From positions 1-64,000 of the IMG/VR virus record IMGVR_UViG_3300034095_001474: DNA of 64,000 nt, one strand, 5' to 3'. This DNA comes from a virus. Its lineage: Duplodnaviria; Caudoviricetes. The notes under the pieces are model-generated. The model was not told the DNA's origin. It saw only the letters and a program-made list of their open reading frames with translations, and searched no databases. This document shows positions 50,601 to 62,916 of the stretch, in pieces. The position numbers and the translations under genes were made by a program. Positions within the stretch are counted from its first letter, which is position 1. Every line of letters begins with the position of its first letter.

Positions 50601-52872
50601 TCTAACCACTCTACTGCTGTCATCTTATTTATTTTTAACTATTTCTATTAGTTTATCTATACATTTTGCTTCTAATTCTTCAACAGTTTTACAATTATCT
50701 AAACTTGCAAGTGAACTATATCTACCTAATTGATGTATGCTACCTTGATAGTCATACTCTCTCATTTCATCATAATAATCTGGTCTAAACCATAAATCAT
50801 ACTTATCTCTAAACCACTTAAAGACTTGCTGTTTGAGTGGTGCATAAATTTCAGATTCATTTATATTTTCGCACCATACATTACTCCAATTAATACTTAA
50901 TAATAATCTATTTGATGTATATTTAGCAAAACAAGCTTCATCAAACCCTAATTCTTTAAGAGCTAAGGCTTGTTCATATGTTGTAAATAATTCTTCCATA
51001 TTATAATTTATTTAGTATAATACAATCATTGTCATCTTTTAAAGGATAAACTGGAGTGCATATGATACATTGAGCCATTGTTAACTTATCACATCGACCA
51101 GCACTGCTATAACAATCTTTATCATAAAGCACCTCAACATCAATTTCTGATTTGATATGTAACCATTTCTCAAATAGTTGTTCTTCGTCCATAGTGAACA
51201 AACCTTGATGTTCACCATTTTTTGACCATACAGAGACTCTTTGAGCTGGAGTTAATTTATTCATCCAAGTAGCAAATTCAATCATGTCAGTGACTTTAAA
51301 CTTATATGCTTCAGCTACATGACATGCAGTAAAACCATCAATAAAAGATTGTTTCGCAACTTTATGGTTTGATAGTCCTTTACCTTGTGCGTATAGCCAT
51401 GCATATTCACTTCCCAATTCATTTATATCTGTAAAATCAAATATTTCATTGCAGTTATTTCTACAAAGTTTATGTTTCTTTGGTGATGCTTTTATTATTG
51501 ATTCATCAGTTGTTGCTATTAGATTTCTAGATGAATCTATCAGCATGTATTCGTTATTGTCTTTAAGTAGTTTCATATTATCTCCAGATATTTCTAATGG
51601 TTTCCATTATAGCCACTGTAATGACTACTATAATAACTAAACCAAATGTTATTGCACCAATTGGTGGTATAAGACATATTCGATAAAATGTTGTGTTATC
51701 AAAGATAGTTTCACTTAACATCTCTGTTAGTTCTTTAGTTGTAAAGATATTGACTATCGTTACCAACGATACTGCAAAAATTATTATTCCCATAGTTCCC
51801 ATAATTTATAATTGTTTTAACAAAGGTACATAATCTTTTTCGATATTCCTAATATAAAACTATTTTTTATTAGGAATTTTTGCAACACCATGTGTAATGT
51901 TCAGAGTAATGATTTGTTTTGGTACACTTGTTGCTTGATTGATAACCAAATGTTGGAATCTCTCGTAAAATTTCACATCAGCAGCTTCAAACGTATGGAT
52001 ATAGTATCCATGTTCTTGCAATCTAATGATATCAACCAATGGAAACCACTGATAAAGTGTTTCAAGACTATCTGTTGCTGACAACCACCCAACAATTTCA
52101 TCATCAAAGTCCATTTCCAACTTGTTGTGTGTACAAAAATCAAATTCATTATGGATATATCCAGTGAAAAGTCCTTTATAGTCATACCATAAACCTTGTA
52201 GTGTATCTTTGTGACACACTCTATAAAATAATTTCTTCTCCATAGTTTTTAAGATTGCAAGATACATTCAACACCCAGAGGTTTTAATTTTTCTAGGATA
52301 ACATAGTTTTTTTCTTCTGCTTCCTTCATTTGACCATAACTATCGATGTATCTATAATAGACATCATACCCTCTAGCCAAGTCTTTAATTTCTTGGGTTA
52401 CTTCGAACCCTTCTTTCATTACAATTTCCATAATTTCTATTTTCTTATTATTACTGTATCACCTACTTTCAACCCTTGATTTGTTTTGGTTATTGATTTA
52501 CCACAATCTGTATATATAATAAATTTCTTTTCAATATCGATTGATGATTGTTCAAGTTGTTCTATATTATGTATCACACATTTATGATATACATTGCCGA
52601 CATCATTTGATTTATTGTTACAAGATACAAGTAACACACAAACAAACATAATTTTCAAAAATCTTTCCATATTATAATTTTTCTATTTTTACACTTATTG
52701 TTATTTTTACTTTTTCATCAATGTAATCTCTCAACATTCCGTCAACGAAATCTATTGGTGATGATAAACTAACAGAATTGTCATCTATCCTTGTCTCAAT
52801 AACAAAATTATCTTTTGCCTCATATACTCTACCAATATAATTATTTTCTTTAAAACTATTTACAATACCCAT
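47653..52872 (-). CDS. run of small hypothetical genes: 47653-47904, 47901-48275, 48325-48561, 48583-48780, 48782-49543, 49773-49988, 49985-50167, 50164-50394, 50375-50623, 50625-50999, 51001-51576, 51578-51802, 51860-52243, 52249-52431, 52437-52670 (lipoprotein-like), 52672-52872
   Basis: ORF track; abutting or overlapping stop/start codons. Confidence 0.6.
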
Positions 52873-52930
52873 TTTGTTTAAATTTACTTATCTTTAACAA
52901 AGGTACATAATCTTTTTCAATCCACCAAAT

Positions 52931-55900
52931 TTAATCCCATAATTTTTCACCTATGTTAGGTTCATCGGTATCTAAAAAGTAGTCCAAGTCTATTCCTATC
53001 ATTTCAATTTGGTCAACGGTAATCATAGTAAGCATATTGAATGCTACTTGTTCGTTGCTATCTCCATTGTCGATTGACTCTTGTATTCTTTTGATGAAAT
53101 GGTTCTTTACTGATTTATCACCATGACCTTTAAATTCACCCAAATAAGCTACGATAGTTAATAACATATCTTGAACGTCTGGAAATGATTCAACCATTTT
53201 TTCAACCATCCATTTTTTACATTCAACACGTTCTATATCGAATTGTTTACACCATTTTATATAATGCTGCCACTCACGTGATTCAATCCAACGATTGAAT
53301 ATAAATGTTAGTTCATCAAATCTTTCTTCTGAAAGTTTTTTGTAAGGTTTAAAAAGTGTGAGAAATATCATATCAAGTAATTTTACGTTCAATAATAGGT
53401 TTTTCATTAATACCACCACAAATAGTCCACGTCAAACGATACATTATTCCGTCAACATCAAAGTCAGAATGGTGACAATGCAAACTATTTCCATAATCTA
53501 TTGGTTCAAGTTCTTGTGTTTTATATAAAACGGTAGAATATTCTTCAGTGTCCCAATCAATTTGTTTCCAATGTCCTTTGGTTATTAAATGTGGAAATAC
53601 ACATTCAACCATTTCGTTCATAACATTGTTAAGTTCGTGGCTATCATCCCATTCGTCTATGGCTTTTATTCTTTCATCAATATCTTTAGTTATAAATTTA
53701 AGATTAAAAGCTATACCCTCACCATTCTCGGCAGATTGTATTTCAGATTTGATGTATTTGAGGAATTCTAGTTCTGTTTTCATTTTAATCTATTTTTACG
53801 TAATTCATCTAATAATGTATCAGCACAATTAACTGCGTTTCTTACTGATGAAGCATATGAATCACCTTTGGCTATATATGCTGAACACAAGTGCATTGCT
53901 ATTGTTTCTCGTTTGGTTAACCCATCTCTATAATAAGCACTATTTGCTAATGGGTTGGCTGGTTCGTTGCCATTTTGAATAGATTGTTCTCTATTCATTT
54001 TTTCTAAATGTTCATCTAATTTCTCTTCCATAATTAAAGTTTTTTACAAATATACGTATAATATTTCAATCTACAAAATTTATATGTAAATTTGTGATGT
54101 TTTTTCACAATCTTTTAAAAACCCAATATATTTTTGTGTGTCTTCTATGGTGTCGAAATTAATTTGTGCAACACCACTTTTCATTCTTTTATAAATTTTT
54201 GGACTATCATTTCCATATCTATACCAAGAATATTCCAACATACGATATTCACCATTGGCTAATTTAATTAGATATGCTTTGTATGTGTCTTTGATTATAT
54301 TCAGAACATAACCCAAACATTCAGCACCATCTATTTCGTTTATTGATACTCTGGCAAATTGTTTTATATATGCTGACGATAATTTCTTTTTGGTTGTTAC
54401 GATTTCGATTTCCATAACTATTGAGTCTTTTCAGTAAATGTTCTTTCTGATTGGTCAACTTTAAGTGCTTGTAACTTTTTCATGATGTCATCGTTAGCAC
54501 TTTGTGGTAATCCTTTACCAGTTACAAATATTGTTTCGATTTCATCGATAATTTGTAATTTTTCTTCGATACTTAATAATCTGTTCATAACCTTAATATT
54601 TAATTGTTTTAACAAAGGTAAGTATTCTTTTTCAATCTACCAAACTTTTATTAATAAAATTCATAAAAGAACTAAAGTTTTTTCTGATAAACATAACTCT
54701 ATCACTAAAAGACCCAGTATATTCCTTGGATTTGGTATAGTCATAGACAAACTTCTTGGTCAAAACCATGGATTTATTATAAGTTATTCCTTTTTTGTCT
54801 ATTAGGTAGTTGATTATGTGACCATACGTACCATTCCATTCACCACACCTACTCATTTTAATAGTTTCAACCCTTCGAATAAACCTAACTCAATTGATTT
54901 TTCATATGTTTTAACACCAGTTTTAACATACTCCATTTTATCAGCAGTATGCAACACTGCTGCATATGTTTTATCACCATCATAAGTTGTTGGAATAGCA
55001 TATACATCGATACCTTTTTTCCTTAACCATGCTTGTAATTCAGATTGAGTACATTGTTGGAATGTTTTCTCATTTTTGGATATACCACCATCAACATTGG
55101 TACTATACCATGCACCATATTCTTTTGAATAGTATGTCCATCTGTTGCTACCATCACGATATCCTAACTCTTTTGCTAACATACCAACTTTCATTGTTAT
55201 TTTCTTCATAGTATTTTAAATTAATGTGTTTTTATCTTTCCTCTATTGCCATTAAATCTTTATAATTTGCTCTACCTAAAATAGTGATTTTATTATCTTC
55301 AACTTGTTTAATAATTGTTACTTTTCTATTTATCACCATATTTTTATCAACAAAATATTCACGATAATAACCATAAAACCCACTGTTATAAACTTTTATA
55401 ATTTTACCCTTATATATTATTGTACCTACAACAGTAGTCTCTTTTTCACTATAATCAATTTTAATTATAGTAACATTAGTGTTGATTATTTCTACAACAG
55501 ATTCTTTAAATGATTGTGAGTAACAACCAAAAGATAAAAAGATAAACGATAATACTATTAAGATATTTTTCATATTACAAATGTACAAATAATAATTCAA
55601 TCTACCAAATAAAACTATAGAAATTTATCAAAAATCATAACTCGTGCACCATTTTCTTCTGGTCCAAATACCATTTTATGTATTTGTGGTGGGTTTCCTT
55701 CCCTTCTATGTAGAATTGTCATGTTATCTTTTGAATAAGAGTATGTTTTCCATCTAATATTACCAACTTTATCACGATTATAAGTTCGTTTTATACGATT
55801 CTTTTTATCATATTCAAATTTAGTAATCTCACCATCAATATTTTCATAAAGAATACGATTACCTTGCTCATTAAATTCTTCATAACACACCAAAACACCT

Positions 55901-57702
55901 TCATTATATTGTGAAGATGTTTTAATGTTATAATTTTCGTAAAATGTTGCTTCTTGTGTTATCATATTAATTGATTAGAGAAATCAATCCTTTGCGTTTA
56001 AACTCTCTGGCTGGAGCCATGTCTATTGGTGCGAATAACAAGAAATCGACTTTTTCTTCAGTATTGATTGGTAATCGCATAATGCTATCCAATGGATATA
56101 TTGTCTCATTTGTTGTTTCAATCACTTTTAAATCGGCTAGATATGGTTTTCTATTCAGCGACCACTCGTACTCAATCATTTTAATTTTCAATATGAATGT
56201 TTCATTCTCATCAATAATTTGAATATTGTGTTCGTCATTGAATTTGTAATCTTCCCAATTTATCATAATCATTATTCGTTACCAATTTGCCATTTGACAA
56301 TCTTTGGATTGACATATTTAGGCATGTTATTTTTGATAAGGTTTATGATATCTTCGTTGGCTGAATCTGATATTGTCATATCCAATACTTCAACTTCTAC
56401 CAATTGGTCGTACACTTCAATTATCCTTACCTTTATAAATATGTTATGTTTTATAATATCGGATGCTTCGTTGTAAGTATAGAAAGCCAATTTGTCTTGA
56501 TATACTCCTAATTGTCCTTTATACAATGTAATTTTTTTCTTAAAAAAACTTCCAATAGAAAATTTTAATCCTTCTTCTTTTTTTTCCATATTTTATTTGT
56601 AGTCTAAATCGTGTGAATCATATGTGTTATCATCGTAATCATCTTTGTGTCTGGTTTTAAAACTATCTTCATTCATTGCTTTATGATTAGCCAATTCAAT
56701 AGATAATCTTTTAACTTCATCGTTAGCAATTTTCAAGTCATCTCTCTTTTCTTCAAACAACTCAAAAGATTTTTCAATAAGAGTTTTCTCGTTATCAGTC
56801 AAATCTTCAAGTGATACTGAAATTGATGTTATCAGTAGTTTCGTGTATTCTTTCTTTAAGTCCATAATCCACCTCTTATTGTTATTAATTTAACCAATTG
56901 GATTGTATCTTTTTCGTATTGCTCATCATCCAAAGAATCTTCTTTTTTTGAACGAATTTCCCACCAATCGTATAATTCTTTTGCTGTTTTACCACTGCCA
57001 GATTGTGCGTAACTATCTGAATGATTGAATAGGTCTTCCTTTTCAACACAATCTTTTAGAATCTGGAATGATGCGTGTAACAAAACAATATCAGCATCGC
57101 ACCATTGTTTTCTTTTTAGTGTTTTAATTTTTAATTTTATAGCCATTTTATTTTAAATTATTTCACCTCTTATAATTTCATCTTCCCTATTCAATAAATC
57201 AACTTCGTATTGAATCCAATCTCTCACTTCTTTTTTTGTGTGTTTTTTACTTTCAATGTTTCTCCAAATAGTAAAAACTTTTTTGGGTTTAATTGTAGTT
57301 ATTTCTTTACCGAAAAGCCAATATTTTTTATGGGTTTCTGTAATAGTACCTTCATAAAACTCAGTCCATTCAGATTCACCATATTCAGATGAATGCCAGA
57401 ATAATTTATATTCTAATTTTCTATTGTTTATTGTAAGTGTCTTCATATTAATAATAACCTCCATAAGTTTTGCGTTCATACCAATATTCATTCAATGTAG
57501 GTTGGTGAACCCATCCATCTTTGAAATAGTGTTTATACATGTAGTATTCAGCTTCACCCATAGAACCAAATGTTAGTTCTTTTGAACGATTATTTTCAAT
57601 TACATGTATTTTCCTCCAACCCCAGAACTTTTTGCGTTGAATGTACCATTCAATTTTGGTAACATCACTAGGGTTTTTAGATATTAATCTATATTTTTCC
57701 AT
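52931..57702 (-). CDS. run of small hypothetical genes: 52931-53371, 53373-53783, 53780-54031, 54080-54415, 54418-54588, 54632-54856, 54853-55209, 55232-55573, 55615-55965, 55967-56272, 56272-56589, 56593-56865, 56856-57146, 57153-57446, 57448-57702
   Basis: ORF track; tightly packed, co-oriented genes. Confidence 0.6.
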
Positions 57703-58045
57703 TAGTCTATATCAAAAAAATCCATAACACTAAAAAATAATTCAACAAACACATCAACGAAAAAAAATTGCATTATGTTTTCTTTGAATGTTGGTCTACG
57801 ATTTACCAACACTCTTATTAGTCCAATACCAAATACTATTGCTAATATTATTAAGATTGTTTCCATGGCATTTTATCAAATGGTTTAACATATGCTAAAA
57901 CCAAAGCTATTATAATTCTAACTGGAATAAAACCACTAAGACCAGTTAAAATCCATACAATTGCCATTCCAATTGAAAGCAATACATACCAAATTGCTGC
58001 GTTAATTAAAAATTTTTTCATCTTTTTTATTTTTATTTATTTTTG

Positions 58046-58147
58046 TAGTTAAAACTGGATTCGAACCAGTGATAATATCCATCAGCACATTGATTAAAGC
58101 AGACACTATATCAATGTTTCGGGGCGTGTTCCTCTCGCCTTTTAACT
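58046..58147 (-). ncRNA. tRNA-like RNA B (102 nt) with extended anticodon arm
   Basis: acceptor AGTTAAA/TTTAACT 7/7; D arm GCG-AGAGGAACA-CGC; T arm ACTGG-TTCGAAT-CCAGT; ACATTGAT/ATCAATGT stem with 15-nt loop in place of an anticodon loop. Confidence 0.75.
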
Positions 58148-58271
58148 ATAATGGTAAAGATTTGACATTGGTACTTTACCTTACAAGAGTTTCTTAACTT
58201 GCACCACCATTCATCAGTATTCCACTACCGCAATGATTGTTGCTCTACTATTGGAAGTCAAACAACTGGTG

Positions 58272-58370
58272 TGATAATGGTAGGAATCGAACCTACTCTT
58301 AGAATCTCGACTACGGGTGTTATCGCCACCCATAGTCACTGTTTCTCGTGCTTCCAAACACTGCATTACC
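58272..58370 (-). ncRNA. tRNA-like RNA C (99 nt) with an 11-bp hairpin inserted in the anticodon loop
   Basis: acceptor GGTAATG/CATTATC; D arm GTGT-TTGGAA-GCAC; T arm GTAGG-TTCGATT-CCTAC; insert GACTATGGGTG-GCGATAA-CACCCGTAGTC. Confidence 0.75.
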
Positions 58371-58491
58371 ATTTGGCTAGTTATCCCTCCCACTAGCCGT
58401 GGCTCACCTAAATCAAAACCTTTGAAATGAGGTTTTTGATATTCTTATGTAAAGGTACATAATCTTTTTTGATTATGCAAGAACTTTATGA

Positions 58492-58794
58492 TTATTTTTT
58501 TAAAATTTGTTCAACATCATTCACAAACTTAGCAATCATCATTTGCAACGCAATATTTTGTTCAATTGATAACTGAGTGTCTTCTTTTTCAGACATTGCT
58601 CTATTGTTTACTCTTTGTAATGCATTCTTTACAGTCAATGTCGCTAACTGAGTTCTCTCGTTTTCAGAGATACCACCTTTAAATTGTGCCATAGACAAAA
58701 TGTAAGTTTTGTTAGGTCTTTTTTTACTAGATGTTTTTACTGGTGTTGCGTTTTTAGTTTCCATAACATTTATTGTTTTAAGTTTATAATACAA
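58492..58794 (-). CDS. hypothetical protein
   Basis: ORF track. Confidence 0.55.
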   Translation of the reverse strand: MYYKLKTINVMETKNATPVKTSSKKRPNKTYILSMAQFKGGISENERTQLATLTVKNALQRVNNRAMSEKEDTQLSIEQNIALQMMIAKFVNDVEQILKK

Positions 58795-58840
58795 ATGTAA
58801 CCATTCTTTTTTAATCTACCAAATTTTTTTGCAATTATTT

Positions 58841-59056
58841 TTAAAATTTTTCGTGATTTTTACAATTTCCCTTGTGTGTCAACGAGTAAACAGCTGTATT
58901 ACCATTACCTCTTCTATATTCTAGATACTCACAACCATCAATAACTACGATTGAGAAACTACCAATCTCACCAACTACATTTGAGCCTTCAATTGGTGTC
59001 TGAACACATGAAACCATGGCAATCGATAAACCTACAAATAATAATACTTTTTTCAT
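58841..59056 (-). CDS. small lipoprotein
   Basis: MKKVLLFVGLSIAMVSC lipobox. Confidence 0.6.
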   Translation of the reverse strand: MKKVLLFVGLSIAMVSCVQTPIEGSNVVGEIGSFSIVVIDGCEYLEYRRGNGNTAVYSLTHKGNCKNHEKF

Positions 59057-59067
59057 AATTTCCTTTT

Positions 59068-59532
59068 TTAATTAAACCATTCTGGCGTTTCTCTGTTTTT
59101 CCACACTGCAAACCCACGTTTCTCTACCATATAGTATACTCTGTATGATGCAACAGCATCACCTACCTTGCATTCATCTGGCATAGCCAATGCAAATGGT
59201 GTGATATCACCTTTCTCTGGTATGTTTGGTACATTCAACAAACACCATTCGATGATGTCTTGTGACTTGTGACGTTTACCATATCGGTATGTATACTCAT
59301 TACATAACTCTAAACCTAAATCACATAACCAAATGTAGTTCTCTACACATTCACGAGTCCAAATTGCTGATGGATGGTTCTTATGTGATAGTTTATATGG
59401 TGCTTCACCACCTTCTACCCAATGAACACCACATAAAAGTTGTGCTGTTTCTAAAATCATCTTTACAACGTGTTTATCATTGTGATAAACAGCACAAGTT
59501 TTAGGGTCTTTATCTAATACAAATATATTCAT
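59068..59532 (-). CDS. pyrimidine-dimer DNA glycosylase/DenV-like protein
   Basis: MNIFVLD...DKHVVKMILETAQLL...HKNHPSAIW...RYGKRH. Confidence 0.75.
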   Translation of the reverse strand: MNIFVLDKDPKTCAVYHNDKHVVKMILETAQLLCGVHWVEGGEAPYKLSHKNHPSAIWTRECVENYIWLCDLGLELCNEYTYRYGKRHKSQDIIEWCLLNVPNIPEKGDITPFALAMPDECKVGDAVASYRVYYMVEKRGFAVWKNRETPEWFN

Positions 59533-59575
59533 AGTACAAATGTAAATAATTTATTTCATTTTACCAAACTTATCT

Positions 59576-61082
59576 TTATTTTTTTTCATTTAACTTTTGA
59601 TTCATTAATTTTTCAGCATTTCTGCTATTCTGCATATTGAGTCCAGTTGTCAATAAAAACAACCCCCAACATACACCCCAACCTAAATAGTGGTATATAA
59701 TTAACATGCCACTCAATTGGAAAATCAATTCAATAATAATCAATATAAATCTTGTACGTTTTTCACTTTTCGTTTCCATAATTAAACCAATATTTCGTTA
59801 ATAACTTCAACAACTCTATAACTTTCTCTATCCAACATAATATCAGATGTTTTATGTTCAAAGTTCAATAAGATTCTCAAGTAAAGAAATTTTGAATAAT
59901 CTAATTTCTTTAATTTTCTATCAAACTTAACACCATTTCCATTGTCAGTCATTCTCATCATCAACTCACCTCTAACAATACTATTCCATTGTTCACCATT
60001 TGATAAGTACAATGAAATTTCTTTACCTTCATCATTATATACAACTGTTAAATCGTATTCATGTGTTCCATTATGGTCCAACACCATATATGTTTTCTTT
60101 TCGTTTGAAACACTAACTGAATGTGTTTCTGTGCTACCACTACTGCTCATTTTCTTCTATTTTAGTTTCGATTAATTCTAATAATAACTCATAGTCATTA
60201 TCTCTTTCAGCATCTTTGTCATAATAGACATAACTACTTTGTGAGTCTGTTGATTTTTCTGTGATTTCTATTGAATAACCACTAACATCACCTTTTGATA
60301 TTTCAAACCCAGTGATGTTGTTAGTAATATCTTTCAAATCTCTCTGTAACACGACATTTATAAAACTTTTGCTCATAATAATAAATTTAATCGATTAAAC
60401 ATTCAAATTCAAATTCAATAGGTTCTTCAGTTATAAGATACCCTATTCTATTTACATGGTGTAAACCACTAGTGTAATACATGTTTGGTATTACGTAACC
60501 CTCATCATCAACTTCATCACCACCAGCCTCTATGATTGTGATTACTTTGTTTTGTTTTGACATTTCAATAACAAAAGCTAATTCTTCACCATATGTTTCA
60601 AACATTTTACCATCAAATGCAGCATTGTTGTCAAGGTGATTATCAACCAAATTAAATTTTTCATCAAATTGTTCTTCTGAATAATATTCTATAATCGTTT
60701 CCATATCTATGATTTTTATTTATAATACAAAGGTATATAATCTTTTCCAATCTACCAAATAATTTTACAATTATTTTTAATAATATCTTACAGCATGTCT
60801 ACTTCCACGATATTTGCTATCTGGTGTTCCGTAGATAAACAATTTCTTTTCTTCCCAAATTTCGGTTTCTTTACCAATAGTTCTCCATTGTTGCCAACCA
60901 ATCTCGTTCCAATACAAATGGTTAAACCCATTGTAGTTACCAGTGCGATGCAACACTTCTCCCAAAGCGACAGACAAACCACTTTTAAAGTCTTCTGTTG
61001 CGTGTTCATCTGTTCTCGCAAGTTGATTGTTCACATATTCTTTAAATGCTAATACATCAAATGTTTTTTTCTTTCTTGACAT
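59576..61082 (-). CDS. five hypothetical genes: 59576-59779 (membrane), 59782-60150, 60140-60376, 60387-60704, 60777-61082
   Basis: ORF track. Confidence 0.6.
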
Positions 61083-61370
61083 GGTATAAAGTTTTTATTT
61101 GTTTAGACAAAGGTAATAAACTTATTTCGATATTCCTAATTTAAAATAAACAAATTTCAATTTTTTCTAAAATAAAACATTCATTAACTTTTAAAACACT
61201 AATTTTAAGTGTTTTAGAATTAATTCTTTTTGAGTTTATCAAATATACAATTGAACCTAAATGATATTTTGGTTTTAATTCTTTAATATTAAAAGATTTC
61301 TTTCTAATCTGACAATTGATGCCGACCTTATATTAAATAATTCTAGATGAATTTATGTAGTTGACACGAT

Positions 61371-61868
61371 TTAAACTATCTTAAAATATCCTCTAGTATC
61401 AATACTACCAACTTCGTCTGATGCAAAGTCTCCTACACCTATTGGTTTCAAATTCGTATTACCACCCAACCTAGCATCTTTTTCGTTTTGGGAATCAAGA
61501 GAATATTTTAGCATATTATTTTCAGCTTTTGATAGAAGTTGGGAATTGCTTTTGTATATCTTCATCTTATAGAATTCACTATCATTATCTCTACCAGCCT
61601 TTTGACCTTTATCATCGTACATGCGAGTATCTCTTCTATAAATAGCAATTGGTTCGGCACCTACTGTTAATTCTATAGTATTGTCTCTACTTAGAAGACT
61701 CATACCAGCCTCATCACCACCCGAATAAGTAGGTCGTTTGATATTCATAGCCTCCCAGAATTTTGGCAACACCTCTAATTTGTATGACTTTGGTGATTCC
61801 AATGATTCATTCAAGGTTGGTTTCCAATTCTTTACTTTATTTATTTGTTCTCGAATCTCTTTTGACAT
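61371..61868 (-). CDS. hypothetical protein with MSKEIREQINKVKNW...LNE leader
   Basis: ATATTTATA upstream on the sense strand (61884-61892). Confidence 0.65.
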   Translation of the reverse strand: MSKEIREQINKVKNWKPTLNESLESPKSYKLEVLPKFWEAMNIKRPTYSGGDEAGMSLLSRDNTIELTVGAEPIAIYRRDTRMYDDKGQKAGRDNDSEFYKMKIYKSNSQLLSKAENNMLKYSLDSQNEKDARLGGNTNLKPIGVGDFASDEVGSIDTRGYFKIV

Positions 61869-61995
61869 AATATTTACTTTATATATAAATATCTAAATAA
61901 AAAAAAAAACACCACACATTTTTAAAAGTTTTTGTTTAGACAAAGGTAATAAACTTATTTCGATATTCCTAATAAAAATGAAAAAAAAATAATAT

Positions 61996-62349
61996 TTAAT
62001 CAATATTTTCCCATAAATTACAAAAAAAAGAATAATCGCAAGTAAGTTCTTCACCTATTTCGATATCTTTAATAGCAATACACATACCATTTTTTGCGTC
62101 AATACAATTTGGATAATCTGAATGATTCATAAAACGCATGTTGTCAAAATATGTTTGATAACAATCTTTTTCAACACCAAAATAAAACTCAAACATTTCA
62201 ATATGTTTTTGTGGAACATCATCTTTTTTGATTTTAATATCAAATTCACTCAATTCAGCAATGACTTGTCCTTTTTCTATTTTTTCTAATGTAAATAAAC
62301 CAATCCCATGGATTGATGATTTATCTAATTTGGTTTTTATTATTAACAT
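61996..62349 (-). CDS. SET-domain lysine methyltransferase
   Basis: KSSIHGIGLF; RFMNHSDYPN; GEELTCDY. Confidence 0.88.
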   Translation of the reverse strand: MLIIKTKLDKSSIHGIGLFTLEKIEKGQVIAELSEFDIKIKKDDVPQKHIEMFEFYFGVEKDCYQTYFDNMRFMNHSDYPNCIDAKNGMCIAIKDIEIGEELTCDYSFFCNLWENID

Positions 62350-62392
62350 ACATTGTTTGTTTTATAATAAATATTATAAAACAAACAATAAT

Positions 62393-62911
62393 TTAACCAA
62401 ATGAAAAAATTCTTTTACCATGCATTTTTTCTTCTTGCATAAGATATTCTTCAACAACTTTCCAATTAGGAAACTCTGGTGTATCAAAGTGAATATGCTC
62501 ACCTAAGAAGTTTTCTGACCCATTGGCAAGTCTATCATCAACTAGATATGCACCCAAGTTTAAATCCTTTCTATGTGATAGGATAAGACGTTTGTAGCAC
62601 ATTTCACCAAAGTGTTCTTCCAACCAATGTCGTTTGTCCATAAAAGACTCTGGCACTTCCCAAAAAGGTGTTGAAAGGAAATATATCTCAAAGTGTTGAG
62701 ATAATCTCTTTACACTATCAATAGCACCTTCAATTGGTTCTAGGTCACGAAACATTCTAGGTGACTTCATCATACAATCTTCTATGATTACACCATTCTC
62801 GTAAGATTCTTCTTCGTTGAAGATAGGTGCTGTAAATGGAAATAACTCAACCATTCTTTTTTCAAAGTTTGCAACGGTCTCATCCATATCTACATAAAGT
62901 ATTTTTTTCAT
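62393..62911 (-). CDS. 5'(3')-deoxyribonucleotidase (HAD family)
   Basis: LYVDMDETVANF; LSTP; K; LVDD motifs. Confidence 0.85.
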   Translation of the reverse strand: MKKILYVDMDETVANFEKRMVELFPFTAPIFNEEESYENGVIIEDCMMKSPRMFRDLEPIEGAIDSVKRLSQHFEIYFLSTPFWEVPESFMDKRHWLEEHFGEMCYKRLILSHRKDLNLGAYLVDDRLANGSENFLGEHIHFDTPEFPNWKVVEEYLMQEEKMHGKRIFSFG

Positions 62912-62916
62912 ATTGA

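Noticed and set aside
58160-58225. Hammerhead-like words on the minus strand (CUGAUGA ... GAAA ... GUA)
   Set aside because: Stem II does not form and the first stem I pair is A-A, so the catalytic fold cannot be built.
29985-58370. Assigning anticodons or amino acids to the three tRNA-like RNAs
   Set aside because: None has a 7-nt anticodon loop with U33 as encoded, so no identity can be supported.
58199-58396. 65-aa plus-strand ORF
   Set aside because: Antisense to tRNA-like RNA C; atypical composition.
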